The notes: generated by a model from the sequence alone, not told the origin. A stretch of DNA of 34,175 nucleotides from a bacterium (GCA_049472355.1 JBLIRP010000039.1:1-34175); one strand, 5' to 3'. Numbered from the stretch's first letter, positions 17,673 to 27,484 are shown. Translations and numbers: made by a program.

Positions 17673-18878
17673 CTATGCCAGAATATCCGCAATCTGTTTT
17701 AACATGATCCTGGCCGGCTTCGTCTGATCATAGACCTTCGAGACCCAGGCATCTCCCCAAAAAAGGTAGCAGCTTGTTTCAGCTCTAAGCAACCATTCAT
17801 GGGCTTGATTCAAAAGGCCCTCCACATGTTCCGGATCATTCACTTCGTCCCTGCTGTCCCCTACCGCTCTTTCCATGCGATGAAAGATTCGACTCACCTC
17901 ACGGATCTCCTCCAATGCCTTCTGCTGTCCGGGAGATTGCGACCATTGAGAGAAATCAAATCCGCTTGTCCGGGCGACGTTCCACGCCCCGGTCTGCACA
18001 ACAACGTAATCCCTGGGGGGATTGTCATTGATATAGTCGCTCAGGCGAACCGGCTGCAGGGGAAAGGCGCCCTCCCGCACCCGTTTCATGCAGGGGGCAA
18101 AAAAGTGCCCCCAAAAACCGTGATCCTCGTCCATCTGACGGAACCAGCCGCCGTTTTCTCCGTCGGACCAGGTCGTCACCAGAACCGACCCCTCCGCTGA
18201 AGCGGTCTTGTGGGTGACCTCATTCTCAAACCATACGGGGTCCATCCCGCTTTCCTGGGCATTGCTCACATCACGGTCGCGAGGCACCACCACGATCTCG
18301 TACCCTTCGTGTCGCGCCAGGTGCGGTGTATACACCTTCGATGCATCCCATGTCTCCTTGCCCTTATCCCCCTCTTCAGGATGCACATGGACGCCGTCAA
18401 CAACGACATATTCATACCCTGTCTGCCTGAGGGAGGGAATCATCTCCATGCTGAAGGCCAATTCCGAAGGCCAGAAGCCGATCGGCTGTACGCCGAATGT
18501 CTCCTTTATCATCATCCGGCCCCGTTCGAGATGGGCATTCCAGTCCTCCTTCGGTATGAGCGGGAACACAGGATGATAGTACCCCATTCCGATGACCTCG
18601 ATCTGCTCCGTGCTCCGGTACTGCTGCAGAACCTCCTCCATATCACACATCTCCCGGACTTCCCTTTGGATGTCCGGATCGGTGAGCTGCTCGAGCAGGA
18701 CACCGGAGAAGCCGATATTCAGATGGGCTACATCGGCAAAATTGCGCACGAATCTCTCGGGCCGTGCATAGCACATGATGATCTGCCTGGCCTCCCACAT
18801 GTCGTGTTCGAGCAGGAGCCGGAGATTCTCCGGAGGCTGATGCATATGGAGCCCCAGGGCATGAGAGATTTCCTTCAT
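17673..18878 (-). CDS. Glycoside hydrolase family 57
   Basis: LHMHQP, GYYHPVFP, GFWPSELAF, SDGENGGWF, AETSCYLFW; ATG 18878 overlaps the GT4 stop (ATGA). Confidence 0.88.
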   Translation of the reverse strand: MKEISHALGLHMHQPPENLRLLLEHDMWEARQIIMCYARPERFVRNFADVAHLNIGFSGVLLEQLTDPDIQREVREMCDMEEVLQQYRSTEQIEVIGMGYYHPVFPLIPKEDWNAHLERGRMMIKETFGVQPIGFWPSELAFSMEMIPSLRQTGYEYVVVDGVHVHPEEGDKGKETWDASKVYTPHLARHEGYEIVVVPRDRDVSNAQESGMDPVWFENEVTHKTASAEGSVLVTTWSDGENGGWFRQMDEDHGFWGHFFAPCMKRVREGAFPLQPVRLSDYINDNPPRDYVVVQTGAWNVARTSGFDFSQWSQSPGQQKALEEIREVSRIFHRMERAVGDSRDEVNDPEHVEGLLNQAHEWLLRAETSCYLFWGDAWVSKVYDQTKPARIMLKQIADILA

Positions 18879-20032
18879 TTCTGGTATACCTTCAGGACCT
18901 GGTCTGAGATGCTGTTCCACGAAAACGCGGTCTCGGCGGCGATCCTGCCGTTCCTTCCCATCCAACGCGCATGGTCCATCTCTGCGAGGAGGGAACCGAT
19001 ACCCCAGGCGATGGATCCGGGATAGTCATAGATCTTCAATCCGGTTACATCGTGCCAGACGAATTCAGCAGGCCCGCCGTTGCTGGTGGCCACCACCGGC
19101 TTCCCTGCGCTCCAGGCCTCCAGTATCACAATACCGAACGGTTCGTTACGGCTCGGCACGCACACGAGATCACATGCCTTGAAGAGTTCCTTGAGCTCCT
19201 GTCCGTTTTTGAATCCCAAAAAATGGACGGCATGGGAGATGCCCAGTGCATGGGCCCTTCGCTCCAATCCCATCCTCATATCCCCGTCACCGGCCATAAC
19301 AAATTTTGCATGAGGGTAATGCTGCAACACATAGGGTATCGACTCTATCAAGAGATCCGGCCCCTTTTGATGAACGATGCGGCCTGCGAACAGGATGGTG
19401 GGATCGAGGGGACCTATTCCATAACGCTTTTTTATCTCACCCGGATCGATATCCCCGTCGAAGTTATGGACATTGACACCATTGTATACAACATCCACCT
19501 TCCAATCAGGAAGACTATACATCCATAGAATTTCATTCTTGAGCGCCTGGGAAACCGCGATGACCCGGTCTGCACAAAACGTCCCGTGCCGCTCATGATC
19601 ACGGATGATGGCGGATTGGCCGCCGTAAAAATTGTTTCCACATCTGCCGTACTCGGTCGAATGTATGGTGAGGACCGATCGTTTCCCCCTTCCCGCCTTA
19701 ATCCATACGGCTGCATTGGATGCCAGCCAGTCATGGGCATGGAGGATATCGAAAGACCCGACGTGGTCTTCGGTTTGGAAGAAGTGGTAGACGAAGGAGC
19801 GGCACATCTCGTTGATCTCTTCAACAAAATTCCGGTTCAGATTGAATGCGCACCGGTGGTAGTGAACGCCGTGGATTACCTCGTATTGAAGCTGGTTCGC
19901 TGCTATTCTGGTAAACACATGGACTTCGTGCCCCTTTCTCTCCATTGCTGCAGCAAGTTCAGTAACGTGGTTACCTACCCCCCCGACACTTATGGAGTGG
20001 AGAGTCTCCCAGGAAAACATGGCAATTCTCAT
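18875..20032 (-). CDS. Glycosyltransferase family 4 (GT-B fold, probable alpha-glucan synthesis)
   Basis: MRIAMFSWE, GGVGNHV, HAHDW, GRIVHQKG, PSRNEPFGIVILEAW. Confidence 0.92.
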   Translation of the reverse strand: MRIAMFSWETLHSISVGGVGNHVTELAAAMERKGHEVHVFTRIAANQLQYEVIHGVHYHRCAFNLNRNFVEEINEMCRSFVYHFFQTEDHVGSFDILHAHDWLASNAAVWIKAGRGKRSVLTIHSTEYGRCGNNFYGGQSAIIRDHERHGTFCADRVIAVSQALKNEILWMYSLPDWKVDVVYNGVNVHNFDGDIDPGEIKKRYGIGPLDPTILFAGRIVHQKGPDLLIESIPYVLQHYPHAKFVMAGDGDMRMGLERRAHALGISHAVHFLGFKNGQELKELFKACDLVCVPSRNEPFGIVILEAWSAGKPVVATSNGGPAEFVWHDVTGLKIYDYPGSIAWGIGSLLAEMDHARWMGRNGRIAAETAFSWNSISDQVLKVYQK

Positions 20033-20257
20033 GGTCTCCCCTTTCACTGAGGCGAAATTGTAGAGGCAAATGCATTATGAAGTGATTGAAATGATTCTAA
20101 TCTATACATGAGGGATTGTCAATTATAAACCCATACGCCGCATTGCACGTACCACGATTTTATGCTAAGGTGAAATCGGTTGTATATCATAGGGAGCGAT
20201 GCCGAGGCAGCGCAGGCCCCGTGATCGATGGAATCCACCCTGTTGCTTTGACTGAAA

Positions 20258-20821
20258 ATGGATGAGATAAAAACCGACGTGGTTGAATTCTTTCTCTTTG
20301 CCTCCCCCCGTCCCCTCACCATTGCCGAGATATCCGGCATGGCGGGGGACATGGACCACGATCAGGTACAACAGGCAATTGCCGTGTTGCAGGATAAATT
20401 CTATGGCCCGGACCGGGCCCTCCAGATCTGCGAAGTAGGAGGCGGGTACCAGATCTGCACCAGGCCGGAATTACATTCATGGCTCAAACGCATCACCCAT
20501 TACCAGGTGCGACGCCGACTTACGCGTGCGGCACTTGAGGTACTTGCCGTCATCGCCTATAAACAGCCGATCACCAGATACGAAATAGACGAGATACGTG
20601 GAGTAAACAGCGGCTTTGTCCTCAAGGGCCTCTTGAACAAAAAATTGATCCGCATTGTCGGGAGGAAGGAGTGCCTCGGGCGTCCCATCGTCTATGGAAC
20701 GGGCAATGAATTCTTGAGCTACTTCGGCCTGAACGACCTCGGGCAATTACCCAAAGACTACGAATTGAAAGAGATTCTGGCCCATGAGGAATCAGAAGTC
20801 AGAAACGATGAGGCTCAATAA
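20258..20821 (+). CDS. scpB: SMC-Scp complex subunit ScpB
   Basis: EVGGGYQICTRPE, LTRAALEVLAVIAYKQPITRYEIDEIRGVNS, GRPIVYGT. Confidence 0.95.
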   Translation: MDEIKTDVVEFFLFASPRPLTIAEISGMAGDMDHDQVQQAIAVLQDKFYGPDRALQICEVGGGYQICTRPELHSWLKRITHYQVRRRLTRAALEVLAVIAYKQPITRYEIDEIRGVNSGFVLKGLLNKKLIRIVGRKECLGRPIVYGTGNEFLSYFGLNDLGQLPKDYELKEILAHEESEVRNDEAQ

Positions 20822-21521
20822 ATATCTCTCCACCCAAGGAATCGGATCGCGCAGATACTGCGAGTCGCTCATACAAAAGGGCGGGGTTCTGGTGAACGGT
20901 GAAGTTGCCCATGTAGGTATGAAAATCGACCCCCAGCGGGACCGAATCCACCTCGTCCACGGAGACACCATCAGCCGCCATCCTCCCCGGAATCGTTACC
21001 TTGCACTTTACAAGCCGAGGGGTTTTCTGACGACCATGGCTGATCCCCTGGGCCGCCCCACAATTCTGGAACTTCTCCCGCCTCTTAGGGAGCGCATATA
21101 TCCGATCGGACGTTTGGATTTTCACTCGGAGGGTCTGATCCTGATTACCAATGACGGGGATCTTGCCTTTCGTCTGAGCCACCCCGGATCAATGATACCA
21201 AAGACCTATCTGGTAAAGGTGAAGGGCAAACCCTCTTCACGGTGCCTTGATCAACTAAAAAAAGGTATCCGCCTGAGTGACGGGGTAAGCTCCTTTGATT
21301 CCATAATGGAAATAAAATCCCGGACTCGCACGAATACATGGCTCAAGGTGACCATCCATACAGGAAAAAACCGTATCATCAGGAGGATGTTTCTCTCTGT
21401 CGGTCATCCGGTCATCAGTCTCACCAGGGTGAGTATTGCCGGTGTCACCCTGGAGGGGCTTGCACCCGGGGAATGGCGGCATCTCACCCGCAAGGAGATG
21501 GAGGTGCTGAAGGGATCGTAG
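20808..21521 (+). CDS. rluB: S4-domain RsuA/RluB-family pseudouridine synthase
   Basis: MRLNKYL..GIGSRR, YKPRG, YPIGRLDFHSEGL, GKNRIIRRM; follows scpB. Confidence 0.88.
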   Translation: MRLNKYLSTQGIGSRRYCESLIQKGGVLVNGEVAHVGMKIDPQRDRIHLVHGDTISRHPPRNRYLALYKPRGFLTTMADPLGRPTILELLPPLRERIYPIGRLDFHSEGLILITNDGDLAFRLSHPGSMIPKTYLVKVKGKPSSRCLDQLKKGIRLSDGVSSFDSIMEIKSRTRTNTWLKVTIHTGKNRIIRRMFLSVGHPVISLTRVSIAGVTLEGLAPGEWRHLTRKEMEVLKGS

Positions 21522-21605
21522 GAAAACCTCTTTTTGACCTTCGCGATCCGGATCGTTTCAACCGCACCAGAAACGCCGGGGAAAAGGGGAAATTGAGACG
21601 ATGGT

Positions 21606-21668
21606 CGGGAGGGCTATTGACACGGGAGGGCTATTTACATTGACAAAGGCGCACCTATATGTTATTCT
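21606..21668 (+). promoter_or_regulatory. Sigma70 promoter preceded by a 13-bp direct repeat
   Basis: CGGGAGGGCTATT at 21606 and 21623; TTGACA (21640), 17-nt spacer, TATTCT (21663) with extended TG. Confidence 0.6.
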
Positions 21669-21814
21669 TTTTTCTCAAATTGTTACCGAGATCGATGCAG
21701 CATGACAAAAATGGGTGTCGAGTGCAACCATTAAACTTGCCTGTGCGGTTTCGTATGGATGACAATTGAGACACTCATTTTCCCTTGTTCGTTTAACATG
21801 AGAGGGGTACCAAT

Positions 21815-22789
21815 ATGAAAAGATTACACAGAGGTACAGGGTATTCATGGCGGACGATAGTGGCTCGATCATTTCTCTCAATCATTCTCGCCTTCATCAT
21901 AGGGTTGACTTGGTCCTGCATAGCCCAGGCAGCAGTGTCCCCAAAGACCATGTCCATAAAGTACAAATCCGGGAAGGTCTCCGCTGTGCTGAAGGGTGTT
22001 CCCGCTAAAGAGGTGTACGAATATCTTGCAGAAAAGACAGGGGTTGAATTCGTTGGCCTCAATGAAATAACCGGAACCATTGAAGATCTTGAATTTAATG
22101 ACCTTACCCTTGAAGAGGCCATTCGCGCACTGGGTAAAAACAGCATCCTGATCTTTCGAAAGGAAGGTCCTCAGGATGAGGAAATGACCATCAAGAAGGT
22201 CATTTTTGTTGCCCATCAGCAAGAGGAACAACCAACACCACCACCCACCCCGGTGCAGCCCCCTCCACCACGGGAATTGACGCCCCCTGCTCCACCCGCA
22301 CCGCCTGCTCCACCAAGGCCTCCGGCACCTCCCAAGGCCCCTGAAGCACCCCCTGCAACCCCCGTCACCCCTCCCAGCGTCCGTCAGCCCGAGCCCCCCC
22401 CGCCCCCCCCGGTGCAAAGGCCAACCCCGCCCCCGGTACAAAGGCCAACCCCGCCCCCAGTGGTAACACCCGCACCCAAACCCAAGCCAAAGGATGCAAA
22501 TCTCGAAAAGGGGCTCAAATATTACGAGGAAAAGCGCTGGGACCTGGTAATAAAATATCTTAAGTTGTACCTGCAAAAGAATCCCGGGGATCAGGAAATC
22601 CAGCAGAAGCTCGACCAAGCGAATAAAAATTCCGACGAGGCGATCCGGCTTTACAAATTGGGTAAGACGGCTCAGGGCTCCGGCAATTTCTCCGAGGCAT
22701 ACGGGCATTACAAGGCAGCCTACGAACTCTATCCCCTCCTGTACGACGCCTGGGAGAGAATGCGAGCGATGCAGAAAAAGATACAGTGA
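21815..22789 (+). CDS. Exported protein: secretin-N0/STN-like domain, Pro-rich linker, TPR-like C-terminus
   Basis: Signal peptide; GVPAKEVYEYLAEKTGV...FNDLTLEEAIRAL; long poly-Pro linker with PPPVQRPT twice; helical TPR-like end. The domain call is by eye. Confidence 0.7.
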   Translation: MKRLHRGTGYSWRTIVARSFLSIILAFIIGLTWSCIAQAAVSPKTMSIKYKSGKVSAVLKGVPAKEVYEYLAEKTGVEFVGLNEITGTIEDLEFNDLTLEEAIRALGKNSILIFRKEGPQDEEMTIKKVIFVAHQQEEQPTPPPTPVQPPPPRELTPPAPPAPPAPPRPPAPPKAPEAPPATPVTPPSVRQPEPPPPPPVQRPTPPPVQRPTPPPVVTPAPKPKPKDANLEKGLKYYEEKRWDLVIKYLKLYLQKNPGDQEIQQKLDQANKNSDEAIRLYKLGKTAQGSGNFSEAYGHYKAAYELYPLLYDAWERMRAMQKKIQ

Positions 22790-23712
22790 ACCCCCACCAT
22801 ATCCTGATCATAGATGATGACCCCGTCAATAGAGAGGTCTACCGGGATCTTTTTCACATCCACGGATTTGAAACCAGGTATTCTACCGCGCCTTCTGAAG
22901 CCCTGGCACTCCTGGCTGATCGGGATTTTGGTGCGGTCATTATTGACCTCAGGATACCTTCTCAATCCATTATCGAGCTTGCATCCAAAATAAAATCATC
23001 CAATCCATTCTGCTGCACACTTATACTCACCGATGACGCATCCGCATCCTTTATCAAGAACGTCCTCAGGATCGGGGCTGAGGCTTGCCTCATCAAGCCG
23101 TTCATTCCCTTTCTCCTCCTGGAGACCTTGAAAAGAGGGATCGAAAGGGTGCGCCTCCTGCAGGAAAATGAACGTCTGAACAATGAATTCTCTTCTCTGA
23201 AGGGAGCCTACGGGATGCTCAAGGACTATTGCAGCCGATTGGAGTCAGGGCTCACCTGCGACCCCGCAAGCGGCCTGTTACACCCCAGGGCATTCATCGA
23301 ACGGCTCAAATATGAGGTAAGCAGGGCTCAACGACATGAGCATTGGCTCTCACTCACCCTCGTCCGCACAGGGATTAAAGCCGATAATGCACGGAATAGG
23401 AACGGGATTATGTGCCTGGTGGACCTTTTCAAAAAGGCTATCCGTACAGGGGATATTTTGGCACACCATGGGGCAGGCCTTGCCGTCATCATGCCCGAAA
23501 CCGACCTGGAAGGGGTTCATACATTCAGAAAACGAATAACGGAACGGATTGTTACCGGGAGCGGAAACGGAGAGGAACCTGCATCCCCTATGATGATCGA
23601 TGGTCTTGCCTTCGGCACCTCAACCTATCCGATTGATTCCCATCTCCCCAAACGCCTCGTTCGCATTGCAGCCTCCCGGTTACATACTGAACCGGTCTTG
23701 GTGAGACACTGA
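22786..23712 (+). CDS. Response regulator with degenerate GGDEF domain
   Basis: REC domain (IIDDD, IIDLRIP, LIKPF), coiled coil, then DPASGLLH...EVSRAQRH...IRTGDILAHHGAGLAVIMPET; GTGA overlap with the previous gene. Confidence 0.85.
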   Translation: MNPHHILIIDDDPVNREVYRDLFHIHGFETRYSTAPSEALALLADRDFGAVIIDLRIPSQSIIELASKIKSSNPFCCTLILTDDASASFIKNVLRIGAEACLIKPFIPFLLLETLKRGIERVRLLQENERLNNEFSSLKGAYGMLKDYCSRLESGLTCDPASGLLHPRAFIERLKYEVSRAQRHEHWLSLTLVRTGIKADNARNRNGIMCLVDLFKKAIRTGDILAHHGAGLAVIMPETDLEGVHTFRKRITERIVTGSGNGEEPASPMMIDGLAFGTSTYPIDSHLPKRLVRIAASRLHTEPVLVRH

Positions 23713-23746
23713 CTGATCCGGGCATCAGCACCCCGTAGACAGGTCT

Positions 23747-23793
23747 AACCAAACTTTGTCAGGCGGAGCGAAGCGCAGCTACTATGCTACCCT
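23747..23793 (+). repeat. Dispersed 47-bp intergenic repeat, copy 1
   Basis: 44/47 identical to 28588-28634; core AACCAAACTTTGTCAGGCGGAGCGAAGCG. Confidence 0.85.
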
Positions 23794-24307
23794 CCAGGTT
23801 ACCTTTAAGGCCCGGTTCAGGAACCGCCCCAACAAAACCGTCTTCGGCCGGAGCCAATCGCACCATGCAGCGCCAAATTGAGCAAGTAATCCAGCATATG
23901 TGATAATTTTTATTGCATATCATAAATTTTTTACTTCTCTGTATCATAAAACATCCACCGAGCAGTACGCTCAGCAAATCAGAGGTATCGACGTTTCCTT
24001 GTTTTCAAACGTGTTTCATGGTATCGAAAACAGGGATAGAGCCTATGGTGCCTGATTCGACTGGATCAGGTCCCTGGAATAGTTATTGCAGAGGAAATTT
24101 AGTGCCACGAGTTTTGATTACCTGGAATTCCCACTGTATGTCAAACTCCTTTGCTTCTGATAGAGGTAAATACCCCGCAGGCAAAAGGATAAAAGGGGAC
24201 GTGAAAGGAGGTGAGGGTTAGGGTAGTCATCCATTGTCTTTGCCTCGTTTTTTCTCATGTCTTTTCAATCTACAAAAATTTTTTGGTAAGGGTTATATAG
24301 GAGGTTA

Positions 24308-24619
24308 ATGGAAATGAGAAAGAGCGGAATTATCTCTTGTCTTATCGTCGTGCTTCTCATTGCTCTGTGCTTCTCCCTCATCGGACAGGCCAACGCCTAT
24401 TACGGGCTGTATGGCGGACTGTACGGCGGACTCTATGGGGGCCTCTACGGTGGACTGTACGGCGGCCTCTACGGTGGACTGTACGGAGGACTCTACGGCG
24501 GGCTGTACGGAGGACTCTACGGCGGGCTGTACGGAGGACTCTACGGAGGACTCTATGGAGGACTGTATGGAGGACTCTATGGAGGACTCTACGGCGGGCT
24601 GTACGGCGGCTGGTGGTAA
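24308..24619 (+). CDS. Secreted Gly/Leu/Tyr repeat protein: signal peptide + YYG(LYGG)17WW
   Basis: GGAGG SD; signal peptide ending ANA; all variation among the 17 repeat units is at third codon positions in this frame. Confidence 0.9.
   Translation: MEMRKSGIISCLIVVLLIALCFSLIGQANAYYGLYGGLYGGLYGGLYGGLYGGLYGGLYGGLYGGLYGGLYGGLYGGLYGGLYGGLYGGLYGGLYGGLYGGWW
24407..24610 (+). repeat. 17 x 12-bp coding tandem repeat (CTS TAY GGN GGN)
   Basis: Counted directly from the sequence. Confidence 0.95.
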
Positions 24620-24650
24620 GGGCACAATCAGCGCATAATGATCATTCAAA

Positions 24651-24690
24651 AACGAAGAAAGGCCTGAATCCATTCAGGCCTTTCTTCGTT
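24651..24690. terminator. Perfect 19-bp inverted repeat between the convergent LYGG gene and lon
   Basis: AACGAAGAAAGGCCTGAAT-cc-ATTCAGGCCTTTCTTCGTT; the right arm contains the lon stop codon. Confidence 0.75.
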
Positions 24691-27106
24691 CATCATTACT
24701 CAACGCCGAATCAATCGCCTCATCAACACGTTCTATGTAGGAAAACTTGATTCCCTTCAGGAGTTCCCTCGGGATCTCCTTGACATCCAGGCGATTCTGT
24801 GCAGGGAGAAGCACCCTTTTTATCCCTTCCCTTTTTGCGGCAAGCACCTTCTCACGAATTCCACCGACCGGGAGAACCAATCCGGAGAGCGTCACCTCCC
24901 CGGTCATGGCAATGTCCTTGTTCACCGGCCGTCCGGTCAGGGCGGATGTAATCGCAGTCGCAATTGCAACCCCCGCCGAAGGACCATCCTTCGGTATGGC
25001 GCCTGCGGGGATATGGACGTGAAGATCCATCTTTTCGAAGAATTCCTTTTCAATGTCGTATCTTTCCGAAACCGACCGTACAAACGAAAGGGCCGCCTTG
25101 ACCGACTCCTGCATGACCTCGCCGAGTTGCCCGGTAATTTCGAGCCCCTTTTTGCCGGGCATCTTGATGATCTCTATGAAAAGTATCTCTCCGCCGCTTT
25201 CGGTCCATGCCAGCCCGGTGGCAACGCCGGGGACCGAGGTCCTTCGTGCGGTCTCATGGAATACCTTCTTGGGGCCGAGAAATCGCGACACGTTTTTCGA
25301 GGTTACCCGGGCACGCTCCTGTTCATCGGTGGCGACCTTATAGGCCACCTTACGGCAAATCCGGGCAATTTGCCGCTCCAGGTTCCTCACCCCCGCCTCC
25401 TGGGTATAGTGCGAGATGATTGTTTCGATACCCTTGTCCTCGAACACGAGTTGACCCGATTTGAGCCCGTGGGCATCAAGCTGCTTGGGGACGAGGTACC
25501 GTTTGGCGATGGCCACCTTTTCCTCGTTGATATATCCCGGAAGAAACATCACCTCCATCCGGTCCCTGAGGGCAGGCTGGATCGGCTGGATGAGGTTCCC
25601 CGTAGCAATGAATATCACCTGGGAGAGGTCGAAGGGAAGGTCGAGATAGTGATCGATAAAGGACCTGTTCTGCTCGGGATCCAGTACCTCGAGAAGTGCG
25701 GACGAGGGATCACCGCGAAAATCAGCCCCCACCTTGTCGATCTCGTCCAGCATGAATATGGGGTTCTTGGTGCCCGCCCGTTTGATGCTCTGGATGATCC
25801 TTCCCGGGAGTGCCCCCACATAGGTGCGCCGGTGTCCCCGGATCGCAGCCTCATCATGAACCCCTCCCAAGGACATGCGTATGAATTTCCTCCCCAAGGC
25901 ACGGGCGATCGACTGACCGAGGGAGGTCTTGCCCACCCCGGGAGGACCTATGAAGCAGAGTATCTGTCCCTTTGCATCCTGCTTTAGTTTGCGAACGGCA
26001 AGGTACTCGACGATGCGCTCCTTCACCTCGTCAAGTCCGTAATGGTCTGCATCCAGGATGCTTCGTGCCTTTTTCAGATCCAGGTCATCAACGGTCGCCT
26101 CCATCCAGGGGAGGTCCAGTATCCACTCCAGGTAGGTGCGAATGACATAGTATTCCGGCGCAGCGCTCGGCATGCCTTCCATCCGCTTCAGTTCCTTATC
26201 CGCGACCTCCCTGGCCTCCTCCGGGAGATTCTTCTTGGCGATGCGGTCCATAAGCTCGATGACTTCAGACTCCTGAGAGCTTGCCTCACCGAGTTCCTTT
26301 TTGATGGCCTTCATCTGTTCCCTCAGGAAATACTCCCTCTGTGTCTTTGAAAGCTCTCCGGCGACCTCGGACTCGATCTTTCCCCCGATCTCGAGGATCT
26401 TCTCCTCCTTGTTGAGGATGGCCAGCAGGGTCTCCATCTTCTTCTCGAAGTCATCGATGGTCAAGATCCGCTGCTTCTGCTCCGGCTTCATATTCGTTAC
26501 CGAGGTGATCATATAGACGAGTGAAAAGGGATCGGAGATGTTCTCAACGGCAACGGCGATTTCATCGGGAAGGTAGGATGCAAGGCCAACCACCCCTTTG
26601 AACTTTTCGATGATCGCCCTTCTGAGGGCTTCCACACGGTCCGTCGCTGAAAAGGTCTCATCGAGGATCTCCACCCGCGCCATAAAGTAGCCGTCACTTT
26701 TATAGATCGCCTGCGCCTTAATCCGTTTCAATCCCTGGACCATCACCCGAAGCGTCTGATCCGGCATTCTCAACATCTTCAATATGCCCACGGCGGTGCC
26801 GATGGGATGGACGTCCTCCAGATCAAGCTCTTCCTTTTCTTCATGGCCCGATTTCAGGAGAAAGGCCGCCAGGATATTCGCCCCATCCATGGCCTTTTGA
26901 ACGCCGAGAATCGACCGCTTCTTGCCGATCACCAGAGGGGCCACCATGGAAGGGAAAATCACCGTATTAATGAGGGGCTGAAGGGGCAGGTCCGCTGGTA
27001 TATGCTCAAATCGCCCCCCTTGCCCTGTCTCGATATCCAGCAACTCCTCGGTTTCGTCTCCCTTGATTGCTATACTCGATTTTCCTTTACCATCATCCTT
27101 TTGCAA
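24674..27106 (-). CDS. lon: ATP-dependent protease La
   Basis: LON N-domain, GPPGVGKTS, GHRRTYVGALPG, LDEIDK, PKDGPSAG, GGIREK; TTG start after GGAGGA. Confidence 0.97.
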   Translation of the reverse strand: MQKDDGKGKSSIAIKGDETEELLDIETGQGGRFEHIPADLPLQPLINTVIFPSMVAPLVIGKKRSILGVQKAMDGANILAAFLLKSGHEEKEELDLEDVHPIGTAVGILKMLRMPDQTLRVMVQGLKRIKAQAIYKSDGYFMARVEILDETFSATDRVEALRRAIIEKFKGVVGLASYLPDEIAVAVENISDPFSLVYMITSVTNMKPEQKQRILTIDDFEKKMETLLAILNKEEKILEIGGKIESEVAGELSKTQREYFLREQMKAIKKELGEASSQESEVIELMDRIAKKNLPEEAREVADKELKRMEGMPSAAPEYYVIRTYLEWILDLPWMEATVDDLDLKKARSILDADHYGLDEVKERIVEYLAVRKLKQDAKGQILCFIGPPGVGKTSLGQSIARALGRKFIRMSLGGVHDEAAIRGHRRTYVGALPGRIIQSIKRAGTKNPIFMLDEIDKVGADFRGDPSSALLEVLDPEQNRSFIDHYLDLPFDLSQVIFIATGNLIQPIQPALRDRMEVMFLPGYINEEKVAIAKRYLVPKQLDAHGLKSGQLVFEDKGIETIISHYTQEAGVRNLERQIARICRKVAYKVATDEQERARVTSKNVSRFLGPKKVFHETARRTSVPGVATGLAWTESGGEILFIEIIKMPGKKGLEITGQLGEVMQESVKAALSFVRSVSERYDIEKEFFEKMDLHVHIPAGAIPKDGPSAGVAIATAITSALTGRPVNKDIAMTGEVTLSGLVLPVGGIREKVLAAKREGIKRVLLPAQNRLDVKEIPRELLKGIKFSYIERVDEAIDSALSNDERRKA

Positions 27107-27109
27107 TGG

Positions 27110-27484
27110 TTATGTCCTCCCCATAATTTTTCTCTTTGGGACATGGATAGTCAGGATCCCTTTATCACACCGGGCATCAATCTCTGTCTCCACAACAGGG
27201 GTATCAAACCGAATATATCGATAAAAATTCCCGTATTCCATCTCCAACTGACAACAGATATAGCTCCGCGTCTGGGGGCATCTCTTCCGGGTCCCGCTGA
27301 TGCTTAAAACCCCCTCCTCGAACACCACCCTTAGTTGCTCCTTGTCTATGCCTGCCACTTCCATCTCTATCACAAACTCATCCTCGGATTCAAACACATT
27401 GACAGGGGGTTGCCAATCCTGATTCCCCTGGAGATGGAAAAGTGTGTACAAAATGTCAGTCACATTACTTCTCCTCTCTTGCAT
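27110..27484 (-). CDS. Hsp20/alpha-crystallin small heat-shock protein
   Basis: WQPPVNVFE, EMEYGNFYRYI, GILTIHVPK. Confidence 0.9.
   Translation of the reverse strand: MQERRSNVTDILYTLFHLQGNQDWQPPVNVFESEDEFVIEMEVAGIDKEQLRVVFEEGVLSISGTRKRCPQTRSYICCQLEMEYGNFYRYIRFDTPVVETEIDARCDKGILTIHVPKRKIMGRT

Noticed and set aside
20258..20821. scpB without adjacent scpA
   Set aside because: scpA may lie elsewhere in the genome, and one window cannot show loss.
23759..24221. ORFs 23759-23977 and 23913-24221
   Set aside because: No SD, domain or compositional support; the region reads as intergenic.
24305..24750. Alternative-frame repeat ORFs (VESS/AVQS, RRTL/WRTV, CTED/SMED)
   Set aside because: Shadows of the LYGG repeat. 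Only the LYGG frame is invariant and has an SD and signal peptide.
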